Assembly (NCBI GenBank): GCA_041483195.1
Contig: JBGPFC010000002.1
Coordinates: 159,706-223,705 of the forward strand
Direction: 5' to 3'
Source: Candidatus Eiseniibacteriota bacterium
GTDB lineage: Bacteria; Eisenbacteria; RBG-16-71-46
Length of the DNA stretch: 64,000 nt
The first letter of the stretch is position 1, and every line of letters begins with the position of its first letter. A program made the position numbers and the translations under genes. Positions 31,804 through 38,297 of the stretch are shown here, one piece after another. The notes beneath the pieces are model-generated. The model did not search any database and was not told where the DNA came from. It worked only from the letters and a program-made list of their open reading frames with translations.

Positions 31804-32212
31804 CGTCACGCGCCGGATCGCGATCACCGTGCTGGCGGTGACCGTGCTGGCGCTCATCCTCTCGTGGGGCTACGCTCGGTTCCGGCGGCTTCCGGAGATG
31901 CGCACGCGGGGCGCCGCCGAACGCGTGATCCGGGTCCAGGTGCTGAACGGGTCCGGTGAGGGCGGCATCGGTTCGCGGGTTGCCTCGACGCTCCGCGACG
32001 GAGGGTTTCACGTCGTGGAAGTCCGGAACGCGGATCGCACGGATTACTTTTCAACGCTGGTCGTGGCGCGCCGCGACGATCGGGCGGCAGCGGATGTCGT
32101 CGCGCGCTATCTGGGAGGGCCGCCGGTGATCCGCCAGGCGTGGGATTCCGATCTGGCGGAAGTCACGGTCGTCATCGGGAGCGATCGCAGTCGACTCCGG
32201 CTCGACCACTAG
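31787..32212 (+). CDS. LytR C-terminal domain membrane protein
   Basis: N-terminal TM; VQVLNGSG, NAD and VTVVIGSD motifs. Confidence 0.82.
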   Translation: MSTVASVTRRIAITVLAVTVLALILSWGYARFRRLPEMRTRGAAERVIRVQVLNGSGEGGIGSRVASTLRDGGFHVVEVRNADRTDYFSTLVVARRDDRAAADVVARYLGGPPVIRQAWDSDLAEVTVVIGSDRSRLRLDH

Positions 32213-32232
32213 GCGCAACCAAGGAGGAAGAC

Positions 32233-32436
32233 GTGTTCGGACTCGGCGGAGCGGAGATGGGGGTGCTGTTCCTGGTGATCCTGCTGATCTTCGGTCCGAG
32301 TCAGATTCCGAAGATGGCGCGCAGCATCGGGCAGGCCATGCGCGAGTTCAAGAAGGCGCAGCGCGAGATCAGCGACGAGCTGAACAAGGACGACGGCACG
32401 TCCGGGAAGCCGCCCGAGAACAAGCCCGTCCAGTAG
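32233..32436 (+). CDS. tatA: Twin-arginine translocase TatA/E
   Basis: FGLGGAEMGVLFLVILLIFGP..IP..ARSIGQAMREFK; RBS AAGGAGG. Confidence 0.92.
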   Translation: MFGLGGAEMGVLFLVILLIFGPSQIPKMARSIGQAMREFKKAQREISDELNKDDGTSGKPPENKPVQ

Positions 32437-32462
32437 GCGATCGCCACGCGGCGCGTGGCGGG

Positions 32463-34283
32463 CTAGTAGTTCTCGGTGGAGCTCCGAAGGTCTTCGACCT
32501 TCGCCTTGCTCCGAAGTGCCGTGAGGTAGCCGACGAAGAAATTCTGCTGCCGGCGCTGCAGGATGTCCGTCGAGATCTGGCCCTTGAGCTTCGCGAACGA
32601 AGCGGTGTCGGCGGGCGTGAGCTGGTCGAGTCGCGCGAAATACCATCCGTTGAGCCCGCGCACCGGGCCGATCACCCGGCCGGGAGCCCCCGCAAACAGC
32701 GCACCGACCAGCTCGGGAACCGCCGAGACCCGCGGGTCGGGCTGCTGGCGGGTCATGCCCGAGATCTTCATGGAGATGATTCCGGCCGATTGTGCCGCCT
32801 GTTCGAGCGTGGTGCCCCGCGCCAGCGCCGCGGCGATCGCATCCGCCTTCGGCTTGCTGTGCTCGACACGCGCCTCGAGGGTCGCAAGCTGGCGCACCGG
32901 CTCCGCCACCTCCTCGCGGGGGGGAATGCCGGCGGGACGCTGCGCCGCGACCTGGACGATGGCGAATTCGTCGAGACCTTCGAACACCTGGCTGAGCGCG
33001 CCGTTCTTCGCGCTCAGCCCCCAGTCGCCGGCCTCTGGCACGCCGAACAGCACCTGGGGCGAGCCGTTGAAGTCGTAGAATTCGGTCTTGGTGGTCGCGA
33101 TTCCCTGCTCGGCCGCTGCCTTGCCCAGGCCGATGTGCGAGGCACGGGCGCGCAGCTTCTTGAGCTCGTCGATCTGGGTGCGCATGGTATTTTCGTTGGG
33201 CCGCACCTTGACCACGAGCTGCGCGACCTTGAGGCCCGGGCCGCCCCCGGGCCCTGCGGCCTTCTCGAGCAGCTTGAAGACGATGAAGCGCGTGCCGTCG
33301 AGGAGCGGATCGCTCACGTCGCCGACGTTCATCGCCGCGATCTTGGGTCCCATCACCGGACCGAACTCCGAGGGCTGGAATACGCGGTCCACGAGGCCGC
33401 CCTTGTCCGCACCCGGGCCCTCCGAATAGTCCTTCGTCAGCGCGGTGAAATCCTCGCCGCCCCGGGCGCGGCCGGCCAGCCCCTGCGCCATTTCGCGCGC
33501 GGCACGCACCTCGTCGTCGCCGATGCGCTTCGGCACGACCAGCGCCTCGAGCTGGGTGCGCGGTCCGGAGGCGAAACGAGTCCGGTACTTCTGGTACGCG
33601 CGCTCGAGATCGCCATCGGTGGGCATGGTGCCCTGCGAGTCCGCGGTGGCGAGCACCTGAACGACCGTCGCGTTCGCGCGCTCGTAACGATCCCGGAACG
33701 CGTCGCGCAGCTCGGGCTCGGACAGCTTGATCGAGGCCAGCAGCCGCTCCTGCAGCTTCCGCACCGGGAGCTGCTCGCGCACCACCGCCTCGAACGGGGC
33801 CCAGTTGTTCTTGGGATCGCGGAGCGCCTGCTGGTACTTGGCGGGGTCGAACTTGCCTCCGGTCTGGAACACCGCGGCAGTGGCCAGCGCGGCGGGCGGC
33901 GACGTTTCCAGCGCCAGCAACACCTCGCGGTCGGTCACCTTGATACCGAGCGCGCGCGCCTGATCCGTCAGCAGGCGCTGCGTGATGAGCCCGCGCCACG
34001 CCTGGAGCTCGACCATCTGCTGATCGCGCTCGGTCGGATCCGATCCGTACTGGCGCTTGTAGGCCTCGCGCTGCTCCTGAAGCGCCGCCATCCACTGATC
34101 CCGCGAGATCGGCGTGCCGTTGACGGTTCCGACCGCGCCGGTGATGCGAGCCTGCGACCCGGAGCCCAGCCCCGAGCCGAGCAGGAACACAAACCCGCCG
34201 ATGAACGAGGCGACGGTGACGAAGATGAGCACCCACCAGATCGTCTTGGTGCGCCTGGTGGCGCCGCGCAGAAATCGAAGCAT
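32463..34283 (-). CDS. PpiD/SurA-like periplasmic chaperone with a parvulin domain
   Basis: MLRFLR plus TM, a SurA_N-like VNGTPIS segment and the parvulin GEDF..L.KDYSE motif. Confidence 0.85.
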   Translation of the reverse strand: MLRFLRGATRRTKTIWWVLIFVTVASFIGGFVFLLGSGLGSGSQARITGAVGTVNGTPISRDQWMAALQEQREAYKRQYGSDPTERDQQMVELQAWRGLITQRLLTDQARALGIKVTDREVLLALETSPPAALATAAVFQTGGKFDPAKYQQALRDPKNNWAPFEAVVREQLPVRKLQERLLASIKLSEPELRDAFRDRYERANATVVQVLATADSQGTMPTDGDLERAYQKYRTRFASGPRTQLEALVVPKRIGDDEVRAAREMAQGLAGRARGGEDFTALTKDYSEGPGADKGGLVDRVFQPSEFGPVMGPKIAAMNVGDVSDPLLDGTRFIVFKLLEKAAGPGGGPGLKVAQLVVKVRPNENTMRTQIDELKKLRARASHIGLGKAAAEQGIATTKTEFYDFNGSPQVLFGVPEAGDWGLSAKNGALSQVFEGLDEFAIVQVAAQRPAGIPPREEVAEPVRQLATLEARVEHSKPKADAIAAALARGTTLEQAAQSAGIISMKISGMTRQQPDPRVSAVPELVGALFAGAPGRVIGPVRGLNGWYFARLDQLTPADTASFAKLKGQISTDILQRRQQNFFVGYLTALRSKAKVEDLRSSTENY

Positions 34284-34503
34284 GCTTGACTCCGGGCCGA
34301 TGCGAGAGCGATTGCCGGTAACGAAGCGAGCGGGGGAGTCTAGCAGCCGGTATGGAAGCGCACAAACGATGCCCGCCGAGCGAGGTCGCGATCCCCCGTT
34401 GCGGCGCCGAGCCCGCCTCACGCACGCAATGATTGCGGGGCCGCCCGGCGTGTGCTACCTGTAGCGATGGTGCCATTCCGAGTTCCACGGAGGGAGGTCG
34501 AGC

Positions 34504-35604
34504 ATGCGCAGCGAGGCCCTGGGTCGTGCGGTCGAACCCGAGGCTCCGGCGCGGCCCCCGCCGTGGCCGGTGCATGTGCTCGATGCGCTCGACCAGGCGG
34601 TCGTCGCCCTCGACCGAGAGCGCAAGGTCATCTACAACAACCGCCGGATCGAAGAGCTGCTGGGGGTCGAGGCCGGCACGTTCATCGGGATGGCCGGGTC
34701 GCGCCTGTTCCCAGGCGCCGAGGCGCGCTGGCTGAAGGGCGCCTCCCGCGAGCCGCGTGATTTCCGGTTGGAGGCCGAAGGGCGACAGCTCACGCTCAAG
34801 GCCGAGTCGCTCCCGATCCGCGACGAAGACGGCGATCTGATCGGCTCGGTCGTGCTCGCGGAAGCGATCTCCGAGACCGAGGACGGCGAGTTCCAGAAGC
34901 GCATCGACCGGCTGGTCTCGCTCGGAGAGCTCTCCGCGTACGTCGCGCACGAGATCCGCAATCCGCTGACCGGGATCCGCACCACGGTGCAGTTCGTCGG
35001 GTCCAAGCTCAAGCCACGCGATCCGAGTCGCGAGGACCTCGACGACGTCATCAAGGAGCTGGATCGAATCGAGCAGATCATCAATGGCCTGCTCATGTTC
35101 GCGCGCCCGCCCGCGGCTCGGCCCCAGCCCTGCGACCTCCACCAGGTGCTCGAGAAGACGCTCGCGCTGCTCGAGCTGCAGCTGACCGACGCCCAGGTCG
35201 TGCTGTTCCGCGAATACGCGGAGGATCTGCCGATGGTGTACGCCGATCCCGACCTGGCGCAGCAGGTGTTCCTCAACCTGTGCCTCAACGCGATCCAGGC
35301 GATGCCGGAGGGCGGCGAGCTGCACGCCGCGACCGGCGTGCGCCGCTACCGCACGCGGCGTTCGATGGTGGACGTCTCGTTTCGCGATACCGGCGTGGGA
35401 ATCCCCAGGGACCTCATGGAGAAGATCTTCGATCCGTTCTTCACAACGCGCTCGATGGGCACCGGGCTCGGACTCCCGATCTCGGTGCAGATCGTGCGCG
35501 AGGTGGGAGGGGTGATCACCGCGAAGAACAACCCGGGCGGCGGCGCGACGCTGCGCGTCTCGTTCCCGATTCCGGCCGAGTCGCCGGGACGTCCGGAGGA
35601 ATGA
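34504..35604 (+). CDS. Soluble PAS-domain sensor histidine kinase (NtrB-like)
   Basis: PAS domain, H-box AHEIRNPL, N-box NLCLNA, DTGVG, FDPFF and GTGLG; no TM helix. Confidence 0.92.
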   Translation: MRSEALGRAVEPEAPARPPPWPVHVLDALDQAVVALDRERKVIYNNRRIEELLGVEAGTFIGMAGSRLFPGAEARWLKGASREPRDFRLEAEGRQLTLKAESLPIRDEDGDLIGSVVLAEAISETEDGEFQKRIDRLVSLGELSAYVAHEIRNPLTGIRTTVQFVGSKLKPRDPSREDLDDVIKELDRIEQIINGLLMFARPPAARPQPCDLHQVLEKTLALLELQLTDAQVVLFREYAEDLPMVYADPDLAQQVFLNLCLNAIQAMPEGGELHAATGVRRYRTRRSMVDVSFRDTGVGIPRDLMEKIFDPFFTTRSMGTGLGLPISVQIVREVGGVITAKNNPGGGATLRVSFPIPAESPGRPEE

Positions 35605-35611
35605 GCTCGCG

Positions 35612-37003
35612 ATGAAGCTCTCGGTGCTGGTAGTGGACGACGAGCTGCTGATTCGCAAGTCGCTCGCGAAAGTCCTTCGCGCGCGCGGCTACGGCGTGGA
35701 TCTGGCGAGCACCGGCGCCGAGGGGCTCGAGAAGGTGGGCGAGGTCAGGCCACAGGTGATGATCCTCGACATGCGACTGCCCGACACGGATGGGCTGTCG
35801 GTCCTGCGGCGGGTGCGTCAGCTCGACCCCCTGCTGCAGGTGATCGTGATCACCGCGTTCGGCGATCTTCAGACTGCCGTCGACGCGATGAAGCTCGGGG
35901 CCTGCGACTTCCTGCGGAAGCCCTACGAGATGGAAGACATCGTGCTCGCCGTGCAGGCCGCCGGGCTCAATTTCCGGCAGGCGAGCGAGCTCGATCTCTA
36001 CCGCCGGCAGGCCTGGCGGCAATACTCCGACGAGGAGATCATCGGGCGCTCGAAGCCCATGGGAATCGTGCGCGAGCTCATCGAGAAAGTGGTGCGCAGC
36101 AAGGCCACCTCGGTGCTGATCACCGGCGAGAGCGGCACCGGGAAGGAACTGGTGGCGCGGGCGATCCACTACAAGGGGGATCGCGCCCAGGCGCCGCTCA
36201 TGGAGGTCAACTGTTCCTCCTTCCACGAGGGTCTGCTCGAGAACGAGCTGTTCGGCCACGAACGCGGGGCGTTCACCGACGCGGGGGAGACCAAGAAGGG
36301 ATTGGTGGAGCTCTGCGACGGCGGCACGTTGTTCCTCGACGAAGTCGCCGACATGTCGCTGCCCACCCAGGCCAAGCTGCTCCGATTCATCGATCACCGC
36401 AACTTCAAGCGGGTCGGGGGCGCACAGGACATCTCGGTGGATATTCGCATCGTGACGGCGACCAACAAGGATCTCGAGACCGAGGTGCGATCCGGTCGTT
36501 TCCGCGGCGATCTCTACTTCCGGCTCAAGGTGGTGAGCATCCATCTCCCGCCGTTGCGCGAGCGCGGCGACGACATCCTGCTGCTGGGGCGCCATTTCGT
36601 ACGCGAGTTCGCGCGCAAGTTTCAGAAGCGCTTCAACGAGATCTCGCCGGCCGCGGCCGAGATGCTGACCGCGTACTTCTGGCCTGGCAACGTGCGCGAG
36701 CTGCGCAACCTGATCGAGCGGGTCGTGCTCCTCGAAGAGGGCCAGCACCTGCTGCCCGAGCACCTCCCGGCCGAGTTCACCGGCCGGCGCACCGCGGGCG
36801 GCGACGCGCCGGCGAGCGGCGACGCGCTCTCGCTGCCAACGCTCGCGCAGATGGAGGCCGAGCACATCGCAGAAGTCCTGCGGCTCACGGCCGGCAACAA
36901 GAGCCGCGCCGCGCGCGTGCTCGGCATTTCCCGCCAGGGTCTCATCGAGAAGCTTCGCCGGCTGCGCATCCTGGAAGAGGGCGTTGGGCGTCAAGTATCT
37001 TGA
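35612..37003 (+). CDS. sigma54-dependent response regulator (REC-AAA+-Fis HTH)
   Basis: Receiver DD..D..K, GESGTGKE, ELFGHERGAFTDA, FLDE, WPGNVREL and a Fis-type HTH. Confidence 0.95.
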   Translation: MKLSVLVVDDELLIRKSLAKVLRARGYGVDLASTGAEGLEKVGEVRPQVMILDMRLPDTDGLSVLRRVRQLDPLLQVIVITAFGDLQTAVDAMKLGACDFLRKPYEMEDIVLAVQAAGLNFRQASELDLYRRQAWRQYSDEEIIGRSKPMGIVRELIEKVVRSKATSVLITGESGTGKELVARAIHYKGDRAQAPLMEVNCSSFHEGLLENELFGHERGAFTDAGETKKGLVELCDGGTLFLDEVADMSLPTQAKLLRFIDHRNFKRVGGAQDISVDIRIVTATNKDLETEVRSGRFRGDLYFRLKVVSIHLPPLRERGDDILLLGRHFVREFARKFQKRFNEISPAAAEMLTAYFWPGNVRELRNLIERVVLLEEGQHLLPEHLPAEFTGRRTAGGDAPASGDALSLPTLAQMEAEHIAEVLRLTAGNKSRAARVLGISRQGLIEKLRRLRILEEGVGRQVS

Positions 37004-37004
37004 C
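36990..37004. promoter_or_regulatory. Candidate enhancer (UAS) palindrome
   Basis: GTCAAG-TAT-CTTGAC inverted repeat with perfect arms, about 240 bp upstream of the predicted sigma54 start site. TTGACAC recurs at 37088. Confidence 0.4.
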
Positions 37005-37215
37005 ACCCACAAAGAAGTGGACATCTGTTGCTAACTTGAGTCGCGACATAGTCATGGAATCGTGATTCCGCGCAAGGTTCCATAAAATTGACACTTAGGC
37101 CCGCTTTCCACACCGCAGTCCCCAGTCATCCCCGCCGGTCCAGTCCCTCCTAGCAGCCCGCTGAATCAATTGCCGCAACTGGTTACAAGCCGCCTCGAGA
37201 TGACATCCGGGCTTC

Positions 37216-37231
37216 TGGCATGACTGCTGCT
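37216..37231 (+). promoter_or_regulatory. sigma54 (-24/-12) promoter
   Basis: TGGCATGACTGCTGCT has GG-N10-GC spacing and lies in an AT-richer intergenic region directly downstream of a sigma54 activator. Confidence 0.65.
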
Positions 37232-37380
37232 GATATAAAGGCGCAAGGCCTCACGGGGCACTCGGGAGCTCCGTGTCAGGGCCGCCCGGGCCGCGATCCT
37301 GGCGGCTGCCACAAGTGGATCGGCGAAGGGTCGTTCGCTTCGCCGCAGGGAGTTCAATCACAGCGAGGAGGTGATTCTCA

Positions 37381-37449
37381 ATGGCTGCCAAGAAGAAGGC
37401 TGCGAAGAAGAAGGGCACGAAGAAGAAGGCTGCGAAGAAGAAGAAGTAG
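37381..37449 (+). CDS. 22-aa lysine-repeat microprotein MAAKKKAAKKKGTKKKAAKKKK
   Basis: SD AGGAGGTGA at 37366-37374, ATG at 37381, 13 Lys codons (all AAG), TAG stop, and a terminator-like hairpin downstream. Confidence 0.75.
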   Translation: MAAKKKAAKKKGTKKKAAKKKK

Positions 37450-37477
37450 GACAACTGTCTGGACCTGGCACGTCCTT

Positions 37478-37518
37478 GGGGATTGGTCGGCTGCAATCGT
37501 CGGCCAATCCCCGCTTTC
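37478..37518 (+). terminator. Terminator-like hairpin after the microprotein ORF
   Basis: GGGGATTGGTCGGC pairs with GTCGGCCAATCCCC (14-bp stem with two G-U pairs), followed by a weak U tract GCTTTCT. Confidence 0.6.
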
Positions 37519-37561
37519 TACTGGAGCACTGGCCGCCTAGGGCGGAGGGAACAATCACCGG

Positions 37562-38128
37562 ATGCGTCCCATCTCATCGTTGAATGGATCCGCCGCCAGA
37601 GTTCCGGAGTGCCCTCCGGTCGCTCTCGTGCCCCAGCCCGCGCGCAAGAACGGCGCGGTCCGGCGTGAGCCGAACATCGCAGTCGGGTTCGGGCCCCATC
37701 TCGTATTCGACGGCACCGGCTGCCCGGTCGACCGTCTCGTGGATCTCGACCGACTCTACCGGCTGCTGGATAGCCTGCCCGATCGCATTCACATGACGAA
37801 GATCATGCCGCCTTACGTGTTTCGCCACGGCGAGCCGGGCGATCCGATGTACGGGCTTTCCGGTTTCGTCCTGATCGCCGAGAGTCACATCAGCCTTCAC
37901 ACTTTTCCCGGCCGTCACTACGTGAACGCCGATATCTTCTCCTGCGAACAGTTCGACGTCGAGGACGCGCTCGCCGCGCTCAAGTCCGCGTTCGCACCGC
38001 GCCAGACCGAGTGGAAGCTGCTCGATCGGGGCCGCGAATTTCCCAAGCACATCGCGGCATCGCGCGCCATCGTCGCGCGGGATCGCCGGCTGGTGGCCCG
38101 GGATTTGGGGCTGGAGGCATCGCGCTAG
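37562..38128 (+). CDS. Pyruvoyl-dependent decarboxylase proenzyme, AdoMetDC/SpeD family
   Basis: [23 protein letters not shown] autocleavage motif and DIFSC; RBS GGAGGGA. Substrate uncertain, so no symbol is given. Confidence 0.88.
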   Translation: MRPISSLNGSAARVPECPPVALVPQPARKNGAVRREPNIAVGFGPHLVFDGTGCPVDRLVDLDRLYRLLDSLPDRIHMTKIMPPYVFRHGEPGDPMYGLSGFVLIAESHISLHTFPGRHYVNADIFSCEQFDVEDALAALKSAFAPRQTEWKLLDRGREFPKHIAASRAIVARDRRLVARDLGLEASR

Positions 38129-38157
38129 GGCTGGCCGTCTTCCTCCAGTTCGGTGCG

Positions 38158-38186
38158 GCGGCCCGCTCACGGACGAGCGGGCCGTT
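38158..38186 (+). terminator. GC-rich hairpin after the SpeD-like gene
   Basis: CGGCCCGCTC-ACGGAC-GAGCGGGCCG inverted repeat. Confidence 0.45.
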
Positions 38187-38297
38187 CGCGTGTGCGGCGG
38201 CGCGGCGGTCCCGCCCACCGCGCGTGCTATAGTCGCGCTCCGAGACGCGGCCGCACCTCCGCAGCGTGGCGGCACGTCCGCCGGACCCGAGGCCCCG

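Noticed and set aside
37000..37093. Two TTGACA hexamers as sigma70 -35 elements
   Set aside because: No recognisable -10 at 16-18 bp spacing. They are kept only as possible enhancer half-sites.
37381..37449. Microprotein as a known small ribosomal protein (bS22, bTHX, eL41)
   Set aside because: Those are Arg-rich with different sequences, whereas this is a pure Lys/Ala periodic repeat.
37466..37481. Second TGGCAC motif upstream of the SpeD-like gene as a sigma54 promoter
   Set aside because: The -12 position reads GG rather than GC (TGGCACGTCCTTGGGG).
37242..37520. Known housekeeping ncRNA (tmRNA, RNase P, SRP, 6S) or tRNA in this intergenic region
   Set aside because: No tRNA-like ends, RNase P or SRP signatures, or single long 6S-type duplex were seen. 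An Rfam scan is still needed.
37371..37583. Track ORFs in other frames over the Lys repeat (CEEEGHEEE.., RRRLRRRR.., FFFAAFFF..)
   Set aside because: Only the ATG at 37381 has a properly spaced strong SD and a stop just before the hairpin. The others are frame or strand echoes of the same repeat.
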